Shown here in pieces: positions 39,754 through 49,278 of a stretch of 57,626 bases of DNA. The number at the start of each line of letters is the position of its first letter. Position 1 is the first letter of the stretch. The DNA lies in assembly GCA_025463865.1 (NCBI GenBank), contig JAODBH010000078.1:1-57626 (forward strand), in the 5' to 3' direction. The notes under the pieces were generated by a model that worked only from the letters and a program-made list of their open reading frames with translations, had not been told where the DNA came from and did not search any database. Both the position numbers and the translations under genes were made by a program. This DNA is from Actinomycetes bacterium (GTDB taxonomy: Bacteria; Actinomycetota; Acidimicrobiia; IMCC26256; Chersky-534).

Positions 39754-40005
39754 ATGCCGGCAGACACCCAGACCGACGAGAACCAGGAATCGCAGATCCT
39801 CGAGGCGATCGACATGATCCGCCCTGCGCTCCAGTCCGACGGTGGTGACATCGTCTACAACGGCATCGACGGCGACGGCGTGGTGCACGTGACGCTCGTC
39901 GGCGCCTGCGGGAGCTGCGCGGTGTCGACGATGACCCTGAAGGCCGGCGTCGAGCGGATCATCATGGACCGCGTGCCCGGCGTCACCGAAGTCGTCGCGG
40001 ATTGA
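39754..40005 (+). CDS. NifU/Nfu-type Fe-S carrier protein
   Basis: IRPALQSDGGD, GACGSC, TLKAGVE; GAGGAG SD. Confidence 0.92.
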   Translation: MPADTQTDENQESQILEAIDMIRPALQSDGGDIVYNGIDGDGVVHVTLVGACGSCAVSTMTLKAGVERIIMDRVPGVTEVVAD

Positions 40006-40943
40006 CCGACGCCGGGGCGCTGGTCGACGGCGTGCTCGGCGCAGACCGCGGTGCGATCGCCCGCCTGCTGACGCTGGTCGAGCAGGGTGGGCCTGAGGCG
40101 GTCGCGGCGGTGGCCCGTCTCTACCCGGAGAGCGGGAAAGCCCACGTGGTCGGCATGACCGGCGCGCCCGGGGCGGGCAAGTCGACCCTCACCAACCGCC
40201 TGATCGGGCGGATCCGTGCGACCGGCGACCGGGTGGGCGTGCTCGCGATCGACCCGTCGAGCCCGTTCACGGGTGGCGCCATCCTCGGTGACCGGGTCCG
40301 CATGCAGGATCACGCCGTCGACCCCGGAGTGTTCATCCGATCGATGGCCACACGGGGCCATCTCGGGGGGCTCGCGCTCGCTGCGCCGCAGGCGCTCCGG
40401 GTCCTCGACGCCGCGGGCATCCCGTGGCTCATCCTCGAGACCGTCGGCGTCGGCCAGGTCGAGGTGGAGGTCGCCGCAACCGCCGACACCGTCGTCGTGG
40501 TGCTCAACCCGGGATGGGGCGACGGCGTGCAGGCGAACAAGGCGGGCATCCTCGAGATCGCCGACGTCTTCGTCGTGAACAAGGCCGACCGCGACGGGCT
40601 GCGGCAGACCGTCGCCGATCTCGAGGGCATGCTCGCCCTCGCGGGAGCGGGTCGCGACGGGTCGTGGCGCCCGCCGATCGTGGAGACGGTCGCCAGCCGC
40701 GGCGAGGGGACCGACGAGCTGTGGTCCGCGATCCTCGGTCACCGCGACTGGCTCGCGACCGACGACCACGCGCACGACCGGCGCACCGCGCGCATCGCGG
40801 CGGAGCTGCGGGCGATCGTGGTCGCCCGGCTGGTCGCCGGTTCCGGAGTTGCGTACGACGGCCCGGAGTTCGACGCGCTCGTGGACCGGATCGAAGCACG
40901 GACCCTCGACCCGTACGCGGCCGCCGACGAGCTCCTCGCGTGA
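40002..40943 (+). CDS. meaB: Methylmalonyl-CoA mutase-associated GTPase MeaB/ArgK
   Basis: GAPGAGKST, DPSSPFTGGAILGDRVRM, ETVGVGQ, NKAD. Confidence 0.95.
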   Translation: MTDAGALVDGVLGADRGAIARLLTLVEQGGPEAVAAVARLYPESGKAHVVGMTGAPGAGKSTLTNRLIGRIRATGDRVGVLAIDPSSPFTGGAILGDRVRMQDHAVDPGVFIRSMATRGHLGGLALAAPQALRVLDAAGIPWLILETVGVGQVEVEVAATADTVVVVLNPGWGDGVQANKAGILEIADVFVVNKADRDGLRQTVADLEGMLALAGAGRDGSWRPPIVETVASRGEGTDELWSAILGHRDWLATDDHAHDRRTARIAAELRAIVVARLVAGSGVAYDGPEFDALVDRIEARTLDPYAAADELLA

Positions 40944-41707
40944 GTCCGCGCTTCGATCTGGACGCCGTCTTCGCGCCCGACGACTACCTCTACTTCTTCG
41001 AGACGTTGCTCACCGACGACGTCAGTGACGAGGAAGCCGCGCTGGTTGCCACGCTCCTGGATGTTGGCCCGGGTGCGAACGTGCTCGACGTCGGGTGTGG
41101 CTACGGGCGGCTCGCCATCCGGCTCGCCCAGCTCGGCGCGGAGGTCACCGGCCTGGATCGCTCACGCGGGTTCCTCGAACGCGCGGCCCGAGACGCGGCG
41201 AAGGCCGGTGTGGACGTCGACTGGGTCGAGTCCGACATGCGCTGGCTCCCGTGGGTCGACGAGTTCGACCGCGTGCTGCTGTGGGGATCGACGTTCGGGA
41301 TCGCCGACGACGCCGGGAACGCAGCCGTCCTCGACGCCGTCTTCCGCGCGCTGCGCCCGGGCGGGCGCGTGCTCGTCGACGTCGTCAACCGCGACCACGC
41401 GATCTCGCGGCCGCTGCCGGCCCGCATCAACATCGAACGCGGCACCGACTGGCTCTCCGACGAGTGGGACTTCGATCCCGAGACCAGGCGCTCCGAGACC
41501 GAGCGGACGATCGTGCGCGGGAAGGACACCCGGACGATGCACTACAGCATGCGGCTCTTCGACGCCCCGGATCTGCGCGACGCGTTCGAGGCCGCGGGCT
41601 TCACCGTCCTCGGCGCGTTCGACGAGAACGGCAGCCCCCACCCGACCGCCGTCAGCACCCTCGAAGCCCACCGCCTCGTGATGCTCGCCACCAAGCCCGG
41701 CGCCTGA
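40940..41707 (+). CDS. Class I SAM-dependent methyltransferase
   Basis: VLDVGCGYGR, GLDRS, SDMR, LRPGG; GTGA overlap with meaB. Confidence 0.88.
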   Translation: MSPRFDLDAVFAPDDYLYFFETLLTDDVSDEEAALVATLLDVGPGANVLDVGCGYGRLAIRLAQLGAEVTGLDRSRGFLERAARDAAKAGVDVDWVESDMRWLPWVDEFDRVLLWGSTFGIADDAGNAAVLDAVFRALRPGGRVLVDVVNRDHAISRPLPARINIERGTDWLSDEWDFDPETRRSETERTIVRGKDTRTMHYSMRLFDAPDLRDAFEAAGFTVLGAFDENGSPHPTAVSTLEAHRLVMLATKPGA

Positions 41708-41721
41708 GGACCTGCGCGTCG

Positions 41722-42681
41722 CTACGTCGGGATGACGGGCTCGAGGACGGCGTCCATGGCGGCGAAGACCTCGGGGCCGAGCTCGAGATCCGCGGCGGCC
41801 ACGTTCTCGTCGACCTGACTCGCGCGGGTCGCGCCGATGATCACGCTCGACACGCCCGGCTTGCGCAGGCACCACGCGAGCGCGAGCTGACCGAGCGTCG
41901 CGCCGGCCTGCTGCGCGATCGGCCGGAGCTCCTGCACCGCATCGAGCACGGGCTGCTGCATGAACCCCTGCATGAAGAACGCGTCGTCGGTCGCGGCGCG
42001 CGTGCCGGCCGGCGCCGCGTTGGCGTCGGTGTACTTCCCGGTCAGGACGCCCTGCGCGAGCGGGGACCAGACGACGTTGCCGAGGCCGAGCCGCTCGCTC
42101 GTCGGCAACACCTCGAGCTCGATCCCCCGGTGCAGGGCGTTGTACTGCGGCTGGTTGCTGACCGGCACCGACCAGCCCCGCTCCTGGCAGAGGTCGACGG
42201 AAGTGCTGATCTGCTGGGCGGTCCACTCGGACACGCCCCAATAGAGGACCTTGCCCTGGCGGATGAGGTCGTTCATCACCTGGCAGGTCTCTTCGAGCGG
42301 CACGGTCTCGTCGTAGCGGTGGCACTGGTAGAGGTCGATGTAGTCGACGTCGAGGCGGCGCAGCGACGCGTGACACTGCTCGAAGACGTGCTTGCGCGAC
42401 AGGCCGTGGTCGTTGGGCCGGTTGCTCATCGGGAAGTAGACCTTGGTCGCGAGCACGAAGCTCTCGCGACGGAAGCCCTCGACCGCCCGGCCCATGACCT
42501 CTTCGGCCGCGCCCCGCATGTAGCCGTTCGCGGTGTCGAAGAAGTTGACGCCGAGCTCGTAGGCGCGGCGCACGCATTCGGTCGCGGCGTCCTCCACGAC
42601 AGACCCGCCGTAGGTGAGCCAGGACCCGAGGCTCACCTCGGATACCTCGACGCCCCAACGACCGAGTTTGCGGTACTTCAT
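41722..42681 (-). CDS. Aldo/keto reductase
   Basis: LGSW, FDTANGY, ATK, IDLYQCH, WSPLAQG, IIGAT. Confidence 0.93.
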   Translation of the reverse strand: MKYRKLGRWGVEVSEVSLGSWLTYGGSVVEDAATECVRRAYELGVNFFDTANGYMRGAAEEVMGRAVEGFRRESFVLATKVYFPMSNRPNDHGLSRKHVFEQCHASLRRLDVDYIDLYQCHRYDETVPLEETCQVMNDLIRQGKVLYWGVSEWTAQQISTSVDLCQERGWSVPVSNQPQYNALHRGIELEVLPTSERLGLGNVVWSPLAQGVLTGKYTDANAAPAGTRAATDDAFFMQGFMQQPVLDAVQELRPIAQQAGATLGQLALAWCLRKPGVSSVIIGATRASQVDENVAAADLELGPEVFAAMDAVLEPVIPT

Positions 42682-42740
42682 GGTTTCACCTTCGTTGGGG
42701 GACTCGGCGAGTATGACGCACGCGCGCCTAGTCTCGGCGC

Positions 42741-43529
42741 ATGTCCGACGGTGAATTCGAGCTGATCCACACCGAGCGTCGTCCCAACGGCGTCGAGCTG
42801 CTGCGGCTCGATCATCCGCCCGTCAACGCGCTCAACGGCGCGTTGCTCGAGGAGCTCGCGATCATCGCGACGCGGCTCGCTGTCGACCCCACGCTCAAGG
42901 CCGTCGTGGTCACGGGCAACGGCAAGTCGTTCGCCGCGGGCGCCGACATCACCGAGTTCGGCGGCGAGGCCGCCGCCCGCACCATCGGCGCGAAGTTCCG
43001 ACGCGCGTTCGACGCGGTGGCCGCGATTCCGCGCCCGGTGATCGCCGCGGTCAACGGCTTCGCGCTCGGTGGTGGCTACGAGCTCGCGCTGTCGTGCGAT
43101 CTGCGCGTCGCCACCGAGAAGACCCGTATCGGGCAACCCGAGATCCTGCTGGGCATCATCCCGGGCGCCGGTGGCACCCAGCGGCTCGCCCGTCTGGTCG
43201 GGCCGGCCCGGGCCAAGGAGATCGTCTGGAGCGGGCGGCAGATCAAGGCCGACGAAGCGCTCCGGATCGGGCTGGTCGACCGCGTCGTCCCGGTCGACGA
43301 CCTGCTCGACGCCGCGACCGACTGGGCCGACACGTTCGCGAGCGGCCCCGTCGTCGCGATCGGCCTGGCGAAGCTCGCGATCGACGGCGGTCTCGACGGT
43401 TCGCTCTCCGCCGGCCTCGACCTCGAGGCCGAACACTTCGCCGAGGTGTTCGCCACCGAGGACGCGTCGATCGGCGTCACCAGCTTCCTGGAGAACGGCC
43501 CCGGTAAGGCCCGCTTCCAGGGCCGTTAG
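42741..43529 (+). CDS. Enoyl-CoA hydratase
   Basis: FAAGADI, GGGYELAL and GQPEILLG (both catalytic Glu). Leaderless: TAGTCT 6 nt before the ATG. Confidence 0.92.
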   Translation: MSDGEFELIHTERRPNGVELLRLDHPPVNALNGALLEELAIIATRLAVDPTLKAVVVTGNGKSFAAGADITEFGGEAAARTIGAKFRRAFDAVAAIPRPVIAAVNGFALGGGYELALSCDLRVATEKTRIGQPEILLGIIPGAGGTQRLARLVGPARAKEIVWSGRQIKADEALRIGLVDRVVPVDDLLDAATDWADTFASGPVVAIGLAKLAIDGGLDGSLSAGLDLEAEHFAEVFATEDASIGVTSFLENGPGKARFQGR

Positions 43530-43597
43530 CCCGGGGCGTTCGTCGAGCCCACGGAGCGGGCGCTGGACGCGGGGCGATCGGGAGCTGGGGTCGCGGT

Positions 43598-44044
43598 TCA
43601 GCCGGCGCGGGTGACGCGGGCGGCGAGGCGGCGGAGGTTGCCGCGCCAGATGCGGTGCATGAAGGGGCGGGCGGCCAGCTCGCCGACCGGTCCGCCCATC
43701 CACCACGGGAACGTGAGCCGCTCGTCCCAGCACATCTCGGCCCGGTCGCCCGGGGCCCGGGTGAGGTCGAAGCTGCCGTTGCCGGTGACGACGCCGGTGT
43801 GCTCGATGCCCATCGTGTGCGGCGGGGTCCACGCGGTGAAGCGCAGGACGTCGGTCGTGTGGAGGGGGCCGATGCGGGTGAGGCACGCGATCTCGGTGCC
43901 GACGCCCCGTGTCTGCTCCGACCGGAACGTGATCTTCTCCGCGTCGGCCATCCAGTCGACGTGGTGCTCGACCTGCTCGAGCTCGGCCCACACCGCCTCC
44001 GGTGGGGCGTCGATGACCGTGCAGAGGTGGATGTGCACGGTCAT
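43598..44044 (-). CDS. SRPBCC family protein
   Basis: IDAPPEAVW...GVGT...NLRRL; GGAGG SD. Confidence 0.85.
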   Translation of the reverse strand: MTVHIHLCTVIDAPPEAVWAELEQVEHHVDWMADAEKITFRSEQTRGVGTEIACLTRIGPLHTTDVLRFTAWTPPHTMGIEHTGVVTGNGSFDLTRAPGDRAEMCWDERLTFPWWMGGPVGELAARPFMHRIWRGNLRRLAARVTRAG

Positions 44045-44063
44045 CGACGCCCTCCGTCGCGGG

Positions 44064-45140
44064 TCAGGGCTCGAGGTCGACGGCTGCGTCACCTGCGTCA
44101 CGGAACCCGGCATGGGCTTCGCGCAGGCGCATCGCCGCGAGCTCGGGCGGGACGATGTTGACCCACACGCCGGCACCGAGCTCGAAGCCGGCGATGGTCT
44201 GCAGGCGGGGCGTGATGTGGACGTGCCACTGGTAGTCGTCGTCGCGGTCGTTGGGGCGGGTGTGGACGAGCACGTTGTAGGGCTGCTCACCCACCGCGTC
44301 GCGCAGGGCCCGCAACGTGTCGCGCACCGCGATCGCCACCGCGGCGACCGCCCCGTCGGAGGCGTCGGCGAAGCTCGGGCCGTTCTCGCGCGGCGCCACG
44401 ATGCTCTCGTACGGGGTGCTCGACGCCCACGGCGCCCACGCGACCGCGGCCGCCGCACCGTCGCCGGCGCCGTCGGTACCACTCGGCGGCACCCGGTGCT
44501 CCAGGATCGCCAGCTCGCCGGCCGCCTCGCGGTCGCGCCCGTCGCGCGCGAGCACCACGCCTTCCACGCGTTGCTGTTGCAGCTCCTCGAGCAGGACCGC
44601 GGGCGCGAAGTCGACCGAGATGATCTGCGCGTGCGGGTGCTCGATCGACGCGCCGGCCGCCTTCCCGTGGTTCACGATGACCTGGGTGTAGACGTGCCCG
44701 AGGTCCCGGTGCGCGACGACGCGGTCGCGCAGCACCCGGAAGAGCTCGACGGTCTCGGCGTCGGTGAGCTCGGTCAACGAGCGATGGTGCTCGGGCGAGA
44801 AGGTGGCGACCTCATGCCGACCCGTGGCCGGCATCGACCGGCGCCACCGGTCGGTGGATTCGACCGCGGGAGGCGCGCCTTCCGCCGCCGGCGCCGGGGT
44901 CACGATCGGGAACTTGTTGGGAAAGACCCGGACGCGCCAGCCGGGAGTGTCGGGGTCGCCAGTACCGGTGCGGAACACCTCCGGGGGGGTCTCAGCCTCG
45001 TTTCCGGGGCAGAACGGGCACCCGGGTGGCGCGTCGGCCGATATGGGCTCGAGCGCGCGGAAGGTGTGCGGACGCGCAGCCCGCTCGGCTGCGACCACGA
45101 CCCAGCGGCCGGAATGCGGGTCGTAGCGCAGGTCGGGCAT
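44064..45140 (-). CDS. galT: Galactose-1-phosphate uridylyltransferase-like HIT protein
   Basis: RAARP, CPFCPGNE, FPNKFP, GASIEHPHAQ, WHVHI, AGFE. Leaderless: TAGATT 6 nt before the ATG. Confidence 0.88.
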   Translation of the reverse strand: MPDLRYDPHSGRWVVVAAERAARPHTFRALEPISADAPPGCPFCPGNEAETPPEVFRTGTGDPDTPGWRVRVFPNKFPIVTPAPAAEGAPPAVESTDRWRRSMPATGRHEVATFSPEHHRSLTELTDAETVELFRVLRDRVVAHRDLGHVYTQVIVNHGKAAGASIEHPHAQIISVDFAPAVLLEELQQQRVEGVVLARDGRDREAAGELAILEHRVPPSGTDGAGDGAAAAVAWAPWASSTPYESIVAPRENGPSFADASDGAVAAVAIAVRDTLRALRDAVGEQPYNVLVHTRPNDRDDDYQWHVHITPRLQTIAGFELGAGVWVNIVPPELAAMRLREAHAGFRDAGDAAVDLEP

Positions 45141-45230
45141 CGGGGAAATCTAAACGCAACCGGCCGACCCCCACGCCCACCTGTGCTGAAGGATCAAGGG
45201 GTGACTGGCGCCCGTCGATACTCTGTTCCT

Positions 45231-46589
45231 GTGGCAGTTGAGATCGTGATCATCGGAGGCGGCCCCGCGGGGAACACCGCCGCGACAGTGGCGGCGACCC
45301 TCGGGGCGCACGTCACCCTGGTCGAGCGCGAGGTCGTCGGCGGTGCCGCCCACCTCTGGGACTGCATCCCCTCGAAGGCCATGATCGCCACCGGCGGCGA
45401 GCTCTCGGAGCTCCAGCGGTCCCGCAGCATGGGGCTGATCGCGAGCGGAACCCTCGAGCTCGACGCGCTGCGCGAGCGGCTCGCCTCCATCGAGGCCCGC
45501 CTCCAGGGCTCGGTGTCGAGCATGCTGCGCGACCAGGGCGTCCGGATGCTGCACGGCACCGCTCGCCTCAAGGGTCCGCACGAGGTGGTGGTCGAGACGG
45601 CCGACGGCCTCGAAGAGGTCCGGGGCGACATGATCCTGCTCGCGACCGGCTCCCGGCCCCGCGTCCCCGACGGCGTCATCGTCGACGGCGACCGCATCCT
45701 CACCACGCGTCAGGCGTACCCACCGCCCGAGATCCCCGAGCACCTCGCGATCATCGGCTCCGGCGTCACCGGCGTGGAGTTCACGCACATGTTCAGCGCC
45801 CTCGGGTCCAAGGTGACGCTCGTCGTGAGCCGCCAACAGGTCCTTCCGCAGAAGGACCCCGAGGTCGCGGCGGTGCTCGAAGCCGAGTTCCTCAGCCGCG
45901 GCGTCAAGTTGCTCAAGGGCGCCCGGGCCGAGTCGATCGTGCGTCAGGGCAACACCGTGCGGGTCCTGTGCGACGACGGACGCGTGGTCGACGCGTCCCA
46001 CGCCGTGCTCACCGTCGGTGCGATCCCCAACAGCGACGGCCTCGGGCTCGAGGACGCCGGCGTCGAGGTCGGCGACGGCGGCTACATCCCGATCAACCAC
46101 CACTGCCAGAGCAACGTCGCGCACATCTACGCCGCCGGCGACCTGTCGGGGAAGCTGCCGCTGTCGTCGGTCGCGGCCATGCAGGGCCGCAAGATCGCCG
46201 AGCACATGATGGGCCTGCACACGCTGTCGCACCGCCACCTCGACTACGAGAAGGCCGCGTCCGCCATCTTCACCGAGCCCGAGATCGCCGACGTCGGTCT
46301 GCCCGAGGCCGAGGCGTTCGCGATCGGCCGCAAGATCCGGGTCACGAAGGTGCCGTTCTCGGCCAACGCCAAGGCGCTGATCCAGGGCGACCCCCGGGGC
46401 TTCGTGAAGATCATCTCCGACCCGGCCACCGGTGTCGTCCTCGGCGGCTCGATCGTCGGCCAGCACGCCGCCGAGCTGATCAGCGTCATCGCCCTCGCGG
46501 TCACGTGCAACCTGAAGACGAGCGACATCGTCGACTCGCTGCTCGTGCACCCCTCGATGGCCGAGTCGATCACCGACGCCGCCACCTGA
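45231..46589 (+). CDS. NAD(P)H-quinone reductase of the LpdA type (flavoprotein disulfide reductase family)
   Basis: IGGGPAG and AHLWDCIPSK (single Cys, no CxxxxC), IGSGVTGVE, AAGD, VHPS. GTG 45231 lies 6 nt after TACTCT. Confidence 0.85.
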   Translation: MAVEIVIIGGGPAGNTAATVAATLGAHVTLVEREVVGGAAHLWDCIPSKAMIATGGELSELQRSRSMGLIASGTLELDALRERLASIEARLQGSVSSMLRDQGVRMLHGTARLKGPHEVVVETADGLEEVRGDMILLATGSRPRVPDGVIVDGDRILTTRQAYPPPEIPEHLAIIGSGVTGVEFTHMFSALGSKVTLVVSRQQVLPQKDPEVAAVLEAEFLSRGVKLLKGARAESIVRQGNTVRVLCDDGRVVDASHAVLTVGAIPNSDGLGLEDAGVEVGDGGYIPINHHCQSNVAHIYAAGDLSGKLPLSSVAAMQGRKIAEHMMGLHTLSHRHLDYEKAASAIFTEPEIADVGLPEAEAFAIGRKIRVTKVPFSANAKALIQGDPRGFVKIISDPATGVVLGGSIVGQHAAELISVIALAVTCNLKTSDIVDSLLVHPSMAESITDAAT

Positions 46590-46591
46590 CC

Positions 46592-46638
46592 TTCGTGCGT
46601 CCCCTGAGCACACTACGTGTGCTCAGGGGACGCACGAA
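46592..46638. terminator. Perfect 22-bp inverted repeat between convergent genes
   Basis: TTCGTGCGTCCCCTGAGCACAC-TAC-GTGTGCTCAGGGGACGCACGAA. Confidence 0.8.
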
Positions 46639-46641
46639 CGG

Positions 46642-48420
46642 CTAGGGCTCGATGACCACCACGACGTCGCCGGCGCCGACGGTCTCGCCGGTTGCCACGC
46701 GCAGCTCGGTCACGGTTCCCGCGATCTCGGCGTTGATGTGGTTCTCCATCTTCATGGCCTCGAGGACGAGCAACGCTTGACCCGGCTCCACCGCGTCGCC
46801 CACCTCGACGAGCACCTTCACGATCGTGCCCTGCATCGGTGAGCTGACGGTCCCACCGCCCGCGGCTCCGCCCGACGCGCTGGTCTTGGGTCGGGCCGCG
46901 CGCGCGGAGACCGGCGCGCCGGCGGGCGCGGCGGCCGTCATCTCGGGCAGCCACACCTTCACCGCGAAGCGCCGGCCGTCGACCTCGACGGGGACGGTGC
47001 GCTCGACGAGCGGGGCTGCGGCAGGCGCGCCAACGGCTGCGGCTTCCGGCACGGGCTCGGCGCCTGCCTCGGCCCACGCCGACGGGTCGACCTCCTCCTC
47101 CAGCCAGCGGGTGGAGTGCGTGCCGGCGACGAAGTCGGGGTGCCGCAGGACCACGACCTGCGCGGGGACGGTGGTGTGCACGCCCGTCAGCTCGAGCTCA
47201 CCGACGGCCCGGAGCATGCGCTCGCGTGCGGCTTCACGGTCGGGGCCCCACACGACGAGCTTGCCGACGAGGTTGTCGTAGTACTGCGAGACCGCGTCGC
47301 CCTCTTCGTAGCCGGCGTCCCAGCGAACGCCCGGACCCGCGGGGACGCGCAGCCGCAGGATCGGGCCGGGCGAGGGCATGAAGTTCTTGGCCGGGTCCTC
47401 GGCGTTGATCCGGCACTCGATGCTGTGGCCGTGGTGGCGGATCGAGTCCTGGCTGAACGAGAGCGGCTCACCCGACGCGACCCGGATCTGCTCGGCCACG
47501 AGGTCGAGCTGCGTGACCTCCTCCGTCACGCAGTGCTCGACCTGGAGCCGGGTGTTCATCTCGAGGAAGAAGAACTCGCCGTCCTGGTACAGCATCTCGA
47601 CCGTGCCCGCGTTGACGTAGCCGCACGCCCGCGCGACCTTCACCGCGGCCTCGCCCATGGCCTCGCGGATCTGCGGGGTGAGGCCGGGAGCGGGTGACTC
47701 CTCGATCAGCTTCTGGTGGCGGCGCTGGGTCGAGCAGTCGCGCTCGCCGAGCCACACCGTGTTGCCGTGGGTGTCGGCGAAGATCTGCATCTCGATGTGC
47801 CGGGGCCGGGTGAGGTAGCGCTCGAGGTAGGCCTCGCTGCGCCCGAAGTAGGCCAACGCCTCGCGTGACGCGCTCTCCAGCGCGCTCTCGGCGTCTTCGG
47901 CCCGGTCGATGACCTTCATGCCCCGGCCGCCACCGCCGTACGCCGCCTTGATGGTGACGGGGTAGCCGTACTCGGTGCCGAACGCGAGGACGTCGTCGAC
48001 CGACTCGATCGGATCGACCGTGCCGGGGACCGACGCGACCCCGGCTCGCGCCGCGGCCTTGCGGGCCGAGATCTTGTCGCCCATGACGTCGATCGCGTCG
48101 GGCGGCGGGCCGATCCAGCTGACCCCTCGCTCGGTGATCGTGCGGGCGAAATCGGCGTTCTCGGAGTAGAAGCCGTAGCCGGGGTGCACGCCGTCGGCAC
48201 CGGAGCGGGCGATGACGTCGAGGATGGCGTCGGTGTTGAGGTAGCTCTCGGCCGCGGTCTGGCCGCCCAGTGCGTAGGCCTCGTCGGCGAAGCGCACGTG
48301 CATGGCGTCGCGGTCGAGCTCGGAGTACACCGCGACCGTCGTGATGCCGAGCTCGCGGCAGGTCCGCATGACCCGCACCGCGATCTCGCCACGGTTCGCG
48401 ATGAGGATCTTCTGCAGCAA
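46642..48420 (-). CDS. Acyl-CoA carboxylase alpha subunit (biotin carboxylase + biotin carrier, AccA3/BccA type)
   Basis: ANRGEIA, HPGYGF, GGGGRG, EMNTRLQVEH and the EAMKM biotinylation motif; AAGGAG SD before TTG 48420. Confidence 0.95.
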   Translation of the reverse strand: MLQKILIANRGEIAVRVMRTCRELGITTVAVYSELDRDAMHVRFADEAYALGGQTAAESYLNTDAILDVIARSGADGVHPGYGFYSENADFARTITERGVSWIGPPPDAIDVMGDKISARKAAARAGVASVPGTVDPIESVDDVLAFGTEYGYPVTIKAAYGGGGRGMKVIDRAEDAESALESASREALAYFGRSEAYLERYLTRPRHIEMQIFADTHGNTVWLGERDCSTQRRHQKLIEESPAPGLTPQIREAMGEAAVKVARACGYVNAGTVEMLYQDGEFFFLEMNTRLQVEHCVTEEVTQLDLVAEQIRVASGEPLSFSQDSIRHHGHSIECRINAEDPAKNFMPSPGPILRLRVPAGPGVRWDAGYEEGDAVSQYYDNLVGKLVVWGPDREAARERMLRAVGELELTGVHTTVPAQVVVLRHPDFVAGTHSTRWLEEEVDPSAWAEAGAEPVPEAAAVGAPAAAPLVERTVPVEVDGRRFAVKVWLPEMTAAAPAGAPVSARAARPKTSASGGAAGGGTVSSPMQGTIVKVLVEVGDAVEPGQALLVLEAMKMENHINAEIAGTVTELRVATGETVGAGDVVVVIEP

Positions 48421-48473
48421 CTCGCACTCCTTGTCTGGTCGGCCCCGGTCCGGGCGGCCGTATCCTACGGTCG

Positions 48474-49214
48474 ATGCCGGACGCTCCCGCCACCTGGACC
48501 GTGTCCAGCTTCGAGACGCTGGATTCCACCAACCGCTACGCGCTCGACGCCGCCCGTGCTGGCGCGGACGCCGGGCTGGTCGTCGTCGCGGCGGAGCAGA
48601 CGGCGGGCCGGGGTCGTCTCGGCCGCAGCTGGATCGCGCCACCGGGCGCCGCGCTCCTGTGCTCGGTGCTGCTCCGGCCCGATCTCGCGCCCGAACGGCT
48701 CCACCTCCTGACCGCCGCCGGCGCGCTCGCGATGGCCGAGGCGGTCGAGGACGTGTGCGGTCTGCGCCCGGATCTGAAGTGGCCCAACGACCTGTTGGTG
48801 GGCGACCGCAAGCTCGCGGGAGTCCTGGCCGAAGCCGACATCGACGGCCGGGCGGTCCACGCCGTCGTCGTCGGGGTCGGGCTCAACGTCCAGTGGGACG
48901 GCTTTCCGCCCGAGCTGGCTCGCATCGCGACGTCGTGCAGCAGGGAGACCGGCGCGCCGGTGTCGATCCCGGACGTGCTCGCCGCCTTCCTCGCGCGGGC
49001 GTCGATCCGGCTCGCCGACCTCGACGCCGCGTTCGCGGAGTACCGGTCCCGCCTCGGGACCCTCGGCCGCTCGGTGCGGGTCGAGCTCGCGTCGGGCCCG
49101 GTCGTCGGGATCGCGGTCGACCTCGCGCCCGACGGCATGCTGCTCGTGGAGACCGCGTCCGACGGCGTGGTCGCGGTCACCGCCGGCGACGTCGTCCACC
49201 TCCGCCCCGCCTGA
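48474..49214 (+). CDS. birA: Biotin--[acetyl-CoA carboxylase] ligase (no HTH)
   Basis: DSTN, QTAGRGRLGRSW, KWPND, KLAGVL, GLN. Leaderless: TATCCT 7 nt before the ATG. Confidence 0.95.
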   Translation: MPDAPATWTVSSFETLDSTNRYALDAARAGADAGLVVVAAEQTAGRGRLGRSWIAPPGAALLCSVLLRPDLAPERLHLLTAAGALAMAEAVEDVCGLRPDLKWPNDLLVGDRKLAGVLAEADIDGRAVHAVVVGVGLNVQWDGFPPELARIATSCSRETGAPVSIPDVLAAFLARASIRLADLDAAFAEYRSRLGTLGRSVRVELASGPVVGIAVDLAPDGMLLVETASDGVVAVTAGDVVHLRPA

Positions 49215-49224
49215 CCCGCGAGCT

Positions 49225-49278
49225 CCGTGCGTGCCTCAACAACCGCAGAGGTAGTTGAGGAACGCTCGGGACGCACGG
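49225..49278. repeat. Imperfect inverted repeat between convergent birA and pabC-like genes
   Basis: Outer CCGTGCGT/ACGCACGG and inner CCTCAAC/GTTGAGG stems; termini resemble the element at 46592-46638. Confidence 0.6.

Noticed and set aside
43611-45230. 992-aa ORF suggesting a large fusion to LpdA
   Set aside because: The N-terminal part is antisense to galT and SRPBCC; the real gene starts at GTG 45231 after a -10 element.
45231-46589. Dihydrolipoamide dehydrogenase (E3)
   Set aside because: Lacks the redox CxxxxC pair and the HxxxxE catalytic dyad spacing typical of E3 is not convincing; fits the LpdA-type quinone reductase.
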